Source: an uncultured Candidatus Saccharibacteria bacterium (GTDB lineage: Bacteria; Patescibacteriota; Saccharimonadia; Saccharimonadales; EFPC-124). Taken from it: a stretch of 64,000 bases of DNA. This document shows positions 39,951 to 49,752 of this stretch, in pieces (the first letter of the stretch is position 1; the number at the start of each line of letters is the position of its first letter). The notes beneath the pieces are model-generated. The model did no database searches and was not told the DNA's origin. It saw only the letters and a program-made list of their open reading frames with translations. The stretch lies in contig CAYOML010000001.1 of NCBI GenBank assembly GCA_964405095.1, forward strand, positions 23,311 to 87,310, given 5' to 3'. The translations under genes were made by a program, and so were the position numbers.

Positions 39951-40190
39951 ATGGCTAAGAACCAAAACTATACCGATTCAATACTGGAGGATATAAATAG
40001 CAAGTTTGACGCGATTCTAGAGATTGTCATTCCTATGAAGAAAAAAGTCGACCGTATTCCGCAGATAGAAAGTGACATTGCCGGTATAAGAGCCGATACT
40101 AGAACCATGAGAATCGCCATGACTGAAACCAACAAACAAGTCGGCAACCACGAAACTCGTATCACCCGGCTTGAGTCAAAAATAGCCTAA
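39951..40190 (+). CDS. Small coiled-coil protein
   Basis: 79 aa with a heptad pattern and HETRITRLE end. Confidence 0.65.
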   Translation: MAKNQNYTDSILEDINSKFDAILEIVIPMKKKVDRIPQIESDIAGIRADTRTMRIAMTETNKQVGNHETRITRLESKIA

Positions 40191-40217
40191 AATTTTACAC
40201 CTCGTTATACTAGGCCT

Positions 40218-41015
40218 ATGAAACTTTACTCATGGAATGTTAATGGTATTCGCGCAGTCGTGCGCAAGGGATTGTTCAAACCTTTTATTGATGCCGAGCA
40301 GCCCGACATTTTATGTCTCCAAGAAACCAAGGCCGAGCAAGGTCAAGCCGAGATCGATCTAGCTGGTTACGAAGAATACTGGAATTCCGCCACCAAAGCA
40401 GGCTACTCGGGTACAGCTATCTTCAGCAAAATCAAACCAACAGCTGTTATTAATGGTTTTCCGGAAGATATTGCCAAAAAATACAGCTTGGTCGACGACC
40501 ACGACCGCGATTCCAGCACCGAAGGTCGTGTCATCGCCGCAGAGTTCGAAAAGTTTTATGTAGTAACAGTTTACACCCCTAACGCCAAGGATGACCTCAG
40601 CCGCATCCCACTACGCTCGCGGCATTGGGACCCGGCGTTTTTGGCTTACTGCAAACAGCTCGAACAAAAAAAGCCGGTTATCTTTTGCGGTGACTTAAAT
40701 GTAGCCCACACCGAAGACGACCTAGCGCGCCCCAAAGAAAATATTGGCAAAAAGGGCTTTACCAAAGAAGAGCGTGAGCGATTTCAAGACTTTATCGACG
40801 CTGGATTTATCGACAGCTTGCGATTATTCGAACAGGGGAATGGTCATTACACCTGGTGGACACATTGGGCCAACGCCCGCGCTCGGAATGTTGGTTGGCG
40901 TATAGATTACATTCTGGTTTCGGTCGCTTTAAAGAATAAGGTAAAAGCCGCGAAAATTCACGCCGACGTCATGGGATCAGACCATTGCCCGGTGAGTATC
41001 GAGATCGACATATAG
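40218..41015 (+). CDS. xth: Exodeoxyribonuclease III
   Basis: SWNVNGIRA, LQETK, GDLNVAH, GWRIDY, GSDHCP. Confidence 0.97.
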   Translation: MKLYSWNVNGIRAVVRKGLFKPFIDAEQPDILCLQETKAEQGQAEIDLAGYEEYWNSATKAGYSGTAIFSKIKPTAVINGFPEDIAKKYSLVDDHDRDSSTEGRVIAAEFEKFYVVTVYTPNAKDDLSRIPLRSRHWDPAFLAYCKQLEQKKPVIFCGDLNVAHTEDDLARPKENIGKKGFTKEERERFQDFIDAGFIDSLRLFEQGNGHYTWWTHWANARARNVGWRIDYILVSVALKNKVKAAKIHADVMGSDHCPVSIEIDI

Positions 41016-41115
41016 ATTGAGGATAATATGTTATTCATACATTGACATTAATTGTAAAGAAGTAAACGCTTCATACAAATAAAGTCTAGACAGATCAAGT
41101 ATATACACATATAAT

Positions 41116-41910
41116 GTGCGAACTATGGTGGTGCACCAACATTCAGCAGGCAAGATAGCCCAAAAATTTGCCGTCTTTGATATCGACGGCACTCTATTCC
41201 GCGCAAACCTCACAGCGACACTACTACTTAGTCTTATTGACAAGGGTTTGATAAACAAAAAAGTGCTGACGGAAATAACGCCACATTATTTAGCCTGGAA
41301 GAACCGCGAACGCCCTGAAGCCTTCATCCAATATGACGAACACTTAGTAGAGCTTTTGAGCACCAACATCCACGGTATACCGCATGCTGAAATTATCAAA
41401 ATCATTCCATCTATGGTGGAGGAGATACACAAAAAGACCTACGTTTACACCCGAAATCTGATTGCCAAACTCAAAAACGAGGGTTATGTATTGGTCGCCA
41501 TTACTACGTCATTGCGAGAGGTAGCTCAACCTTTCGTGGACCATTATGGCTTCGACATCCTCAAAGCAAACATTATACGCTGCAACCGGCAGGGTATCTG
41601 TCAAAGTACGACACCAGTTATCCGCAATAAGGAAATGGTGCTGCGTACGCTCACCCGAGATAGGGGTTTGATTATGAAAGATAGCTACGCTATAGGCGAC
41701 ACGCTCAGCGATGCAAATATGCTCAAATTAGTCAAACACCCAATCGCTTTCAATCCGTCTTTTGAACTATTTGAAGTAGCAAAGCACAAGGGCTGGTCGG
41801 TTGTCGTCGAGCGCAAAAATATTGTCTACCGGCTTGACGCCAAAAGCACCGAGGCATTTCACCATCATGAATTATCACACGACAACCACCCCGTGCTTAG
41901 TCATAAGTGA
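41116..41910 (+). CDS. HAD-IB family phosphatase (SerB-like)
   Basis: FDIDGTL, K, GDT.SD..ML and AFNP motifs. Confidence 0.88.
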   Translation: MRTMVVHQHSAGKIAQKFAVFDIDGTLFRANLTATLLLSLIDKGLINKKVLTEITPHYLAWKNRERPEAFIQYDEHLVELLSTNIHGIPHAEIIKIIPSMVEEIHKKTYVYTRNLIAKLKNEGYVLVAITTSLREVAQPFVDHYGFDILKANIIRCNRQGICQSTTPVIRNKEMVLRTLTRDRGLIMKDSYAIGDTLSDANMLKLVKHPIAFNPSFELFEVAKHKGWSVVVERKNIVYRLDAKSTEAFHHHELSHDNHPVLSHK

Positions 41911-41985
41911 CTAGGACTTGAGTGGTTTACTTTCTAGCCAACCTCTTTTGATTTTTTTAATCCGTCGATCATAATACTACGTAGT

Positions 41986-42777
41986 ATGAACTTAGATTAC
42001 TGGCTGAAACAAACACCTACCGAACCCCTCTTCCCGGATATCGAGTGGCAAAGACCCGAGCACAAGTCGCTAGCCGGCAAACTGTTGATTGTGGGCGGCA
42101 ACGCCCATGGCTTTGCAGCGGTTGCCCAGGCCCACGGCGACGCGACCAAAGCCGGAATCGGTGAGTGCCGGGTCGTTTTACCCGACGCACTTAAAAAGGC
42201 GATTGACCCACTAGCACTCGACTGTGTGTTTGTCCCAACTAACCACAGTGGTGGCATAACCAAAGATAGTCTACCGCAACTCAAGGCTGCGGCTGCCTGG
42301 GCCGATGCTGTTTTACTAATTGGTGATGCCGGCCGCAACAGTGAAACAGCCATAGTCTATGAGTCGTTATTACAAGCCTTCCCAGACAAAGTCAGCATTA
42401 TAACTCGCGACGCAGCAGATCTTGTTAAGGCTGTCTGGCCACAACTGCTCGGCCGCCAGCCTGTAGTTTTAATCGTCACTTTCGCCCAGTTGCAAAAATT
42501 ATTCCAGAGCGTATATTACCCGCGAACCATGTTATTTAGCATGCAGCTCTCCAGCTTGGTGGAGGCATTGCACAAGTTTACGATTACGTACCCGGCTGCG
42601 ATTGTTGTTTTTCATAACAACCAACTTATCGTAGCCCAAAATGGGCAGGTTAGCAGCACACCCTGGGAAGAGCCAATGCTGATCTGGCGGGGAAGTGTGG
42701 CCTCGCGGGCAGCTGTGTACGCAATTCAACATAAACAGCTATTCCAGGCACTAACAGCGTCTTTCATCCACAAGTAG
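41986..42777 (+). CDS. YjeF C-terminal/NnrD-like protein (degenerate)
   Basis: GKLLIVGGN..GF and A.KAG.G; lacks the GxGD motif. Confidence 0.7.
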   Translation: MNLDYWLKQTPTEPLFPDIEWQRPEHKSLAGKLLIVGGNAHGFAAVAQAHGDATKAGIGECRVVLPDALKKAIDPLALDCVFVPTNHSGGITKDSLPQLKAAAAWADAVLLIGDAGRNSETAIVYESLLQAFPDKVSIITRDAADLVKAVWPQLLGRQPVVLIVTFAQLQKLFQSVYYPRTMLFSMQLSSLVEALHKFTITYPAAIVVFHNNQLIVAQNGQVSSTPWEEPMLIWRGSVASRAAVYAIQHKQLFQALTASFIHK

Positions 42778-42804
42778 ATCAAATAAACAACAGAGGAACT
42801 CAGC

Positions 42805-42839
42805 CTTGGGCCGCAACGCGCTGTGCGTCGCGGCCCAAG
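42805..42839. terminator. GC-rich hairpin between convergent genes
   Basis: cttgggccgc...gcggcccaag. Confidence 0.6.
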
Positions 42840-42853
42840 ACGGGAGGGAACGG

Positions 42854-43039
42854 CTACATGAACCCGAACGCTGACGCGATGGCAGCAATCGCGGTACCAA
42901 ATCCTGCTATGAACGAGTAGAACGAGATACCATGCGCTAGCCAGCGTAAACGATTGTACTTGGGCAACTCGTGAGCCGTGAGGCCAGATACTACCGCCAA
43001 CAACAGTAGGCAGACGGCAGCATATGCAAGAACCCACAT
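42854..43039 (-). CDS. 61-aa two-TM small membrane protein
   Basis: GGAGGTG SD upstream; two hydrophobic helices. Confidence 0.6.
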   Translation of the reverse strand: MWVLAYAAVCLLLLAVVSGLTAHELPKYNRLRWLAHGISFYSFIAGFGTAIAAIASAFGFM

Positions 43040-43097
43040 CCTTTCACCTCCTATATGGATGGTGTTTTTACGATAAAATAAGGTTACTTAATTGTAA

Positions 43098-43215
43098 AGT
43101 AAGGGACTTGAACATTATTCCTCTCGTTCGGCTTTGAAGCCTCTACTCAAGCGTAAAGTAGGATTCCATGAACTGCCGACAGGCAGTTCATGCCCTATCG
43201 GGTTCAAGCCCTACT
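43098..43215. repeat. tRNA-adjacent palindromic element with T-arm-like ends
   Basis: agtaagggacttgaac ... gttcaagccctact inverted repeat; internal catgaactgcc-gaca-ggcagttcatg hairpin. Confidence 0.6.
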
Positions 43216-43224
43216 TATCTACGC

Positions 43225-43263
43225 AAAAGAAAATATCCCTCACGAGGGAGGGATATTTTCTTT
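43225..43263 (-). terminator. tRNA-Leu terminator
   Basis: aaaagaaaatatccctc...gagggatattttctttt. Confidence 0.8.
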
Positions 43264-43349
43264 TGGTGGGCAAGGAGGGACTTGAACCCTCACGACCTTG
43301 CGGCCACTGGATTTTGAGTCCAGCGCGTCTACCATTCCGCCACTCGCCC
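43264..43349 (-). tRNA. tRNA-Leu (CAA)
   Basis: GGGCGAG acceptor, CTGGA-CTCAAAA-TCCAG anticodon arm, long variable arm, GGTTCAAGTCC, CCA. Confidence 0.97.
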
Positions 43350-43401
43350 AATCAACGGAGTATTATATACTACTTGTAGGATCAGATCACGCCCGAACGT
43401 T

Positions 43402-44508
43402 ATGCAAGACGACCAAAAACCAGCAGTTATACCAGAAGCAACACCAACCGCCCAGCCGCCAACCGGCCAGGACCAAGCGGTAGGCGCGGTGCGTGGTCAA
43501 GTTTCACAGGCCTACGAACAGACCGAAGATACTAACCCTTACCACCGTACGCACAGCGACAACTTTGATTGGCGACAATACCATTCTGCTTGGCAACAAT
43601 ATTACCAGCAGTACTACCACCAATATTATTCTAGACAACTGGAGACCGAACGTCAGAAGATCCATGGCGATGGAACAGATATAGGGATTATCGCCGGTCA
43701 AAATCCCGACGAAAACCAAAAAAGAACCGTCGCCAAACTCAAGGCGGATATTACCGAAACGGTTAAAGAGCGGGCCAAGAAAATCCGCCGCAGTCATCAT
43801 TTTATCCCGATCGTCAGCGCTCTGGCGGTAGGGGTGGTGTTTTTATTTTTGCAATATAACAGCGTCATGATCGCCCAAGTAAAGGCCTATGTCAGCCCAG
43901 GAGCCATATCTGGTGACGCTCTGGTCCTGGACTCGTCAGCGAGTATCAATGTCAGCCCCGAACCAAAGCTGATCATTCCTAAAATTAATGTTGATGTACC
44001 AGTCGATTACAGCATAGCTACTCTCGATGAATCAAAAATCCAGGTGTCGCTGCGTGACGGCGCAACCCACTACAAATTGCCCGGTGCCGATGCCTTGCCA
44101 GGCCAAAACGGCAACACCGTCCTTTTAGGGCACTCCAGCAACGATATATTCAATCAGGGAGCTTATAAATTTGTGTTTGTGTTACTCGATCGTATGGAAG
44201 TTGGTGACACTTTCTACCTGCACTACGGCGGCAAGCGCTACATTTACCGTGTTAGCGACAAAAAAGTCATAGACCCGCGCGATGTAAGCGTGCTACAAAC
44301 TGGCTATACCAAACCCATAGTTACGCTCATTACTTGCACCCCTCCCGGCACAGCCTTAAAACGACTACTGATCTTTGGCGAGCAGATCAGCCCCGACCCA
44401 AACGGCGCAGCAACCGCACCCAAAGCTCCGGCCACCAAAAAAACCGAAACAGCAATACCGGGTAACGAGCCAAGCTTTCTGGAAAATATCTGGAACTTCT
44501 TTTTCTAA
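43402..44508 (+). CDS. Sortase with Gln/Tyr-rich N-terminal region
   Basis: LIIPKI, LLGHSS, TLITCTP..KRL. Confidence 0.92.
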   Translation: MQDDQKPAVIPEATPTAQPPTGQDQAVGAVRGQVSQAYEQTEDTNPYHRTHSDNFDWRQYHSAWQQYYQQYYHQYYSRQLETERQKIHGDGTDIGIIAGQNPDENQKRTVAKLKADITETVKERAKKIRRSHHFIPIVSALAVGVVFLFLQYNSVMIAQVKAYVSPGAISGDALVLDSSASINVSPEPKLIIPKINVDVPVDYSIATLDESKIQVSLRDGATHYKLPGADALPGQNGNTVLLGHSSNDIFNQGAYKFVFVLLDRMEVGDTFYLHYGGKRYIYRVSDKKVIDPRDVSVLQTGYTKPIVTLITCTPPGTALKRLLIFGEQISPDPNGAATAPKAPATKKTETAIPGNEPSFLENIWNFFF

Positions 44509-45980
44509 CGAACGATCAGTTGTGAGGCTTGCAAGAAATAACCACTAGTGATGGCGTTTTTGCCAATACTATAAAGTGTTTCGCCACTTTGGCTCAGGCA
44601 GATGTCAAAACCGGGCGCAACAGATGTAAGCTCACGCTCGTTTTGACCATCAAACTCGACAGTCCTAAGCCGATCGCCGGTGTCCGACCAGAGGTAATAA
44701 TCATCTAACCAGCGTAGTGGTCGGGTAGATGGCTGACTCAAGAAGGGCAGTGGTTGGCTGTAAGTACGGGCGAGTTCGAGGTCGTAGGTTGTGAGTAAAT
44801 CATTGGCCCCGGCAACCAGCATGCGACCGTTATTGCTAAATAGCATTTGAGTAACCGGTTTGCCAATATCGAGCGTGGCAAATACTGTCGTATCCTTTGC
44901 GGCAGCAACTGTCGGATCACGTAGAATCTGGATCTTTTCGTTATCTTTGCGCACAGCTAAATAACTATGGTTATCGTATTCGCCAAATGCTATCATGACC
45001 GAGGCACTGGTTGGATAGGTTTTTATCACAGATTCCTTATTTTGCTTGAATATGCCGACAATTTTTTGTTTGGAGGCGGGGTTACCCGATGTAACTTCAC
45101 GCTCAGCAACATAAGCTATAGAGTCGTCGCCATAAACCGAGAATTGTTGCAGCCCACTTACCAGAGCGGCCGAGGCGCTATTTGCCCCTAAGTCTAGGCG
45201 CCGTAGAACATTGTCGGTTTTGGCATAAACAATATTTGGGTTAGAACCAGCAAAATGGGCATCGGCTATGGCAAGGCCAAACAACCGACTAATATTTACA
45301 GCTTGGCCGGGCTGAGAGCGGTCGACCCGCAGCCATTCGTTAACCGCGTCATTGTAGTGGTGCACCAGGAAGTAGCGCGAGCCAAGATCCCATTCAGTCA
45401 GATCAATGTGTCCGAAAGCACCGCTTGGCTTACTAAACTGAGCGTCCGGCATTGTTATTGACGAATATACGAGGTTGCGTTCGTTACCAATGTCAGCCAG
45501 TATAAGTGCGGGTTGGTTGGTTGCCTCTTGCAGAAGCAGCCATCTTTTATCTGGCGAAGGTAGCATATCGCTCATACCAGAAAGCGCCCTTAGTGGGGCG
45601 GTTGTTACCGAGTTGGGGATGAGCCGAGCGTAATTCAGCCATAGCAGTTGGCCCGCCCCCAAGCTGATAGTTTTTTCCCAACTACGATAACCTTCTTTTT
45701 GAATCGCCACAGCATGAACGCCAGCAGTCAAATTAGCCCGGCCTGGAGTTGTAAAATTCTGTACCTTACCATCAATGACTACCCGCGCGCCATCGGGGGC
45801 CGAACGAAACTGCACCAGGCCACCTTGCTCAAAACTAAATGTATCTGTGTCAAACCTATTGCCCATAGCGTATAAAATTGCCAAAATAGTTAGCATCACC
45901 GTTGCCAGCGTCATGACGCCATAGGTAAAAAAACGGAGCGCTAACCTGGCACGTTTTGAAGATAAAGAGATTGGGAACAT
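44505..45980 (-). CDS. PEGA-domain membrane protein with beta-propeller-like region
   Basis: TM helix then G.VQF.S.PDGARV.IDG..TP...G.H.V.I.K.GY..W; start at MFPIS (45980). Confidence 0.85.
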   Translation of the reverse strand: MFPISLSSKRARLALRFFTYGVMTLATVMLTILAILYAMGNRFDTDTFSFEQGGLVQFRSAPDGARVVIDGKVQNFTTPGRANLTAGVHAVAIQKEGYRSWEKTISLGAGQLLWLNYARLIPNSVTTAPLRALSGMSDMLPSPDKRWLLLQEATNQPALILADIGNERNLVYSSITMPDAQFSKPSGAFGHIDLTEWDLGSRYFLVHHYNDAVNEWLRVDRSQPGQAVNISRLFGLAIADAHFAGSNPNIVYAKTDNVLRRLDLGANSASAALVSGLQQFSVYGDDSIAYVAEREVTSGNPASKQKIVGIFKQNKESVIKTYPTSASVMIAFGEYDNHSYLAVRKDNEKIQILRDPTVAAAKDTTVFATLDIGKPVTQMLFSNNGRMLVAGANDLLTTYDLELARTYSQPLPFLSQPSTRPLRWLDDYYLWSDTGDRLRTVEFDGQNERELTSVAPGFDICLSQSGETLYSIGKNAITSGYFLQASQLIVR

Positions 45981-46110
45981 AATAACTCTCTTACAGTTAT
46001 ACCATAGCTTGAAAGCGCTTGCGTCTTTCGGTAAAAGCTCGTAGTATACAAGTAGATCGTGCTCAAGGTTAACAGATACGGGCACGCGAGGGATGAAATA
46101 CATTAGGGGT

Positions 46111-47148
46111 ATGTCAAAAACAACAACCATAACAATTAATGGTAATCTGTACGATGCCGTGACCGGTATGCCTATGTCATCTGTAAGGAAGTCAGAGCAT
46201 AAACGAGAAGCGCCCCGACCACCGATGCGGGCATTCAGCGATATCGGACCAAGGCCGCAACCAACTCCTGCGCCGCGACCTATTGCCGAACAACCCAAAA
46301 CCGAACCTGCCCAGCCATTACCTACGCATCAACTTCAGCATGCCGCCCAATCAGTTCACAGCCACCCGCAAAAATCCGAAACTTTATATCGAAAGGCGCT
46401 TAAGAAGCCAGAGATTCCCCAATCCGAAGTCGGATTCGTGCCGCGCAGCCCACTGATCAGCCATTACGGTACTAATGTTACACACCACCCACAACTTACC
46501 CCTAAAATAGCTCCTCACGAAGAGCCAATTAAACCCGCTCAGTCACATCCCTCAGTCACTAAGGCCTTAGAGCACCGCGCCGAGGCTGCTAAACCACAGC
46601 TCAGTGGCCAACAGCTTAAAGAAAAGCTTATTAAAGAACGCTTAGCCGAAGTCGACGACACCGCCAAAACCCCCAAGGAAAAGTGGTATGCTCGCAAACC
46701 GCGTATGGCAACTATCCTCACTACATCGTTAGCACTCTTGCTTTTAGGTGGCTATGTGACCTACATGAATCTACCAATGATTTCTATGAAAGTAGCGGCA
46801 TCACGAGCCGGCGTTAATGCCACTATGCCAAGTTATCGACCAGATGGTTACGGCTTGGACGGCCCAATCACGTATTCACCAGGCCAAGTAAATATCAACT
46901 ACAAATCAACAACCAACGATACAACTTTTAAACTTTCGCAGGCTCCATCTAACTGGGACAGCCAGGCGGTGCTAGATAACTACGTAGCTAAACAGACCGA
47001 GACCTACTTAACTTTCCAGGAGCGAGGGATTAAAGTATACACCTTCGAGAATAAGGCCGCCTGGGTTAATGGCGGGCTGTTCTATACCGTCGAAGGTACT
47101 GCCAACCTCAGCTCCGATCAAGTTTTGCGCCTGGCAACCAGTATGTAG
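46111..47148 (+). CDS. Membrane protein, DUF4367-like C-terminal domain
   Basis: ITING.LYDA.TG N-terminus, Pro-rich linker, TM helix, PSY.P.GY ... W..GG..Y. Confidence 0.7.
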   Translation: MSKTTTITINGNLYDAVTGMPMSSVRKSEHKREAPRPPMRAFSDIGPRPQPTPAPRPIAEQPKTEPAQPLPTHQLQHAAQSVHSHPQKSETLYRKALKKPEIPQSEVGFVPRSPLISHYGTNVTHHPQLTPKIAPHEEPIKPAQSHPSVTKALEHRAEAAKPQLSGQQLKEKLIKERLAEVDDTAKTPKEKWYARKPRMATILTTSLALLLLGGYVTYMNLPMISMKVAASRAGVNATMPSYRPDGYGLDGPITYSPGQVNINYKSTTNDTTFKLSQAPSNWDSQAVLDNYVAKQTETYLTFQERGIKVYTFENKAAWVNGGLFYTVEGTANLSSDQVLRLATSM

Positions 47149-47187
47149 CTTGCTTTTGACCTCAGTTACACGCATAATTACTACAAT

Positions 47188-48606
47188 ATGAAACCAGCCC
47201 GTACCAGGTTCGCGCCGAGCCCGACTGGCGCATTGCACTGCGGCACAGTACGCACTGCTTTATTCGCCTGGGTTCTAGCCAAACAAAGCGGTGGCCAGTT
47301 TTTGCTGCGCATCGAAGACACCGACCTTAAACGCGAGGTCGAAGGCGGTACCGAAAACATCAAAGAAACCTTGCGCTGGCTTGGCATGGAATGGGACGAA
47401 GGCCCCGATGTTGGTGGACCCTATGGCCCATATATTCAGTCACAGCGCCTGGACATGTACAAAAAGTATGCCCAGGAGCTTGTCGACATGGGCTTGGCCT
47501 ACGCCGACCCCTACAGTGTTGAGGAACTACAGGCTCTGCGCGAAAAAGCCCAGGCCGAAAAACGCCCGTTCTTATACCGCAATCACCGCCCAGAAAACCC
47601 ACCAAAATGGGACGGCACAAAGCCGCTACGCATTAAACTAGAACCAAAAACTTGGAGCTGGGACGACGGAGTGCTCGGCAAGGTTAGTCTTGGCCCAGAG
47701 ATGATCGATGATTACATAATTATCAAAGCCGACGGTTTTCCAACCTACAACTTTGCACATATTATCGACGATCATCTCATGAAGATTACTCATATCACGC
47801 GCAGCCAGGAATTTATCAGCAGCGTACCAAAATTTTTAGCCACACACGAAGTACTGGGTTGGGAATCGCCGATCAACATTATTTTCCCGCAGGTCATGGA
47901 CGAAACCGGTAAGGCCAAACTCAGCAAACGCAAGGGCGCCAAGCCCGTGCTCGACTACCGCGACCGAGGTTTTTTACCTGAGGCGATGGTCAATTTTATG
48001 GCTACGATTGGCTGGAATGACGGCACTGAACAGGAAATCTATAGTGTTGATGAAATCATGAAAAAATTCAGCCTGGACCGTGTGCAAAAAAGCGGGGGAG
48101 TATTCGACGAAAAACGCCTGATATGGATGAACGGCGTTCATATCCGTAATCTCAGTCTCGACAATCTATATAAACGGATAACCGACTTCTGGCCTGAAGC
48201 TGCTAAAACATTCGACGATAATTACAAAAAAGACGTTTTGCGCCTTGTGCATGAACGCCTTAAATTCTTTGCCGAACTGCCTGAGCTAACATTGTTTTTC
48301 TTTGCCGAACCTAAAATTGCCGATGATATTTTTGAGCAAAATAAACAGCTCAAAAAACTAACTGCCGAAGAGCGTAAAACAATGTTAAAAGCTGTTATCA
48401 ACGAACTCCAGGCTAGTGATTTTAGCGAAGCTGACCTCGACAGCCGCATGCGTAGTTTAGTAGAGAAATTAAACACCAAAGCAGGTATCTTATTTGGGCT
48501 AATACGGGCTGCCGTAACTGGCAGTAACGTTGCTCCCGGTCTCTTCGAAACCATGCATGTGCTTGGCAAAGATACTACGTTGCAAAGAATCAAGAAGTGT
48601 ATTTAA
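47188..48606 (+). CDS. gltX: Glutamate--tRNA ligase
   Basis: RTRFAPSPTG.LH, RIEDTD, QSQR, PTYNFA, KLSKR. Confidence 0.98.
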   Translation: MKPARTRFAPSPTGALHCGTVRTALFAWVLAKQSGGQFLLRIEDTDLKREVEGGTENIKETLRWLGMEWDEGPDVGGPYGPYIQSQRLDMYKKYAQELVDMGLAYADPYSVEELQALREKAQAEKRPFLYRNHRPENPPKWDGTKPLRIKLEPKTWSWDDGVLGKVSLGPEMIDDYIIIKADGFPTYNFAHIIDDHLMKITHITRSQEFISSVPKFLATHEVLGWESPINIIFPQVMDETGKAKLSKRKGAKPVLDYRDRGFLPEAMVNFMATIGWNDGTEQEIYSVDEIMKKFSLDRVQKSGGVFDEKRLIWMNGVHIRNLSLDNLYKRITDFWPEAAKTFDDNYKKDVLRLVHERLKFFAELPELTLFFFAEPKIADDIFEQNKQLKKLTAEERKTMLKAVINELQASDFSEADLDSRMRSLVEKLNTKAGILFGLIRAAVTGSNVAPGLFETMHVLGKDTTLQRIKKCI

Positions 48607-48654
48607 GGCCCAGTAAACAGTAAAACGTTTAAGCTTTTGCTATAATGTGCCTAA

Positions 48655-49752
48655 ATGGTACTGCAAAAAGATAGCCGCTGGACGCGCATGAGTCTGTGGG
48701 TCGAAAACCACAATAGGCTTTCGGTACTGTTGCTTGTAGGTACGTTAGTCGTGGCAGCCGGTGTGGTTGGTGCGGCCTATTTTTATGCTCAACCGACAAC
48801 TGAGGTCGCTGATCAAGTCGCCCAGAAAAAAACTGCCAATAAAAAACAAACCGAGACTGTCACGAAATACTATTCGCCACTTACTGGGGTAGAAGTAGCC
48901 GATCAAGCCGCCACCAAAAGGCAAGTGACAGCCGTAATGATCGAGAACAGCCAAACTGCTCGCCCGCAATCTGGTATCAAGCCGGCTGGCATTATTTACG
49001 AAGCTATCGCCGAAGGTGGCATCACGCGCTTTTTGACTCTGCACCAAGAGGACCGGCCAGGCCTCATTGGCCCAGTACGCAGCCTGCGACCATATTATAT
49101 AGCTTGGTTGGCACCGTTTGACGCCTCGGTTGCGCATGTCGGCGGCAGCGCTAATGCTCTTAAAGAAATTCGTAATGGCAGTTATAAAGATATCGACCAA
49201 TTCTTTAACGGCAGCTATTTCTGGCGGGCAAAAGACCGAGCCGCACCACACAATGTTTACACCAGCTTCGATAAACTCGACGCCCTAAACCAAAAGAAAG
49301 GCTATGTCAGCAGCGACTTTACGGCTTTCCCGCGTAAGCTAGATAGCCCGGCCACCAAACCAACAGCCAAAGCGATTAACGTGACAGTCTCTGGGCCACT
49401 ATATAACAGCGCCTACGCCTTCGACACTACGACCGATAGCTATCTGCGCAGCGAAGGTGGTGTGGCGCATAACGACAGAGAGGCTGGGCGGATGAACCCC
49501 AAAGTTGTAATAGTCATAAAAGTCCCCACCCAAAAAGGGTATGAGGACGGCTACAGAGAACAGATGACTACAGCCGGTTTTAACACAGCCTACATTTTTC
49601 AGGACGGCATAGTGATCCAGGGGTTTTGGCGTAAGAGCGGCACAAAATCGCAAATTCAGTTTTACGACCATGCCGCCCGCCCGATTGCGCTTAATGCAGG
49701 CCAGACTTGGATTACCGTTGTTGCGCCAGAGAAAGGTGTGACGTGGCAATAA
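48655..49752 (+). CDS. DUF3048-family surface protein
   Basis: SPLTG, VMIEN...ARPQSG, EGGITRF, GPVRSLR, APHNVY. Confidence 0.88.
   Translation: MVLQKDSRWTRMSLWVENHNRLSVLLLVGTLVVAAGVVGAAYFYAQPTTEVADQVAQKKTANKKQTETVTKYYSPLTGVEVADQAATKRQVTAVMIENSQTARPQSGIKPAGIIYEAIAEGGITRFLTLHQEDRPGLIGPVRSLRPYYIAWLAPFDASVAHVGGSANALKEIRNGSYKDIDQFFNGSYFWRAKDRAAPHNVYTSFDKLDALNQKKGYVSSDFTAFPRKLDSPATKPTAKAINVTVSGPLYNSAYAFDTTTDSYLRSEGGVAHNDREAGRMNPKVVIVIKVPTQKGYEDGYREQMTTAGFNTAYIFQDGIVIQGFWRKSGTKSQIQFYDHAARPIALNAGQTWITVVAPEKGVTWQ

Noticed and set aside
45981-46298. N-terminal 106 aa of the 597-aa ORF
   Set aside because: It overlaps the divergent 46111 gene; the PEGA protein most plausibly starts at 45980.
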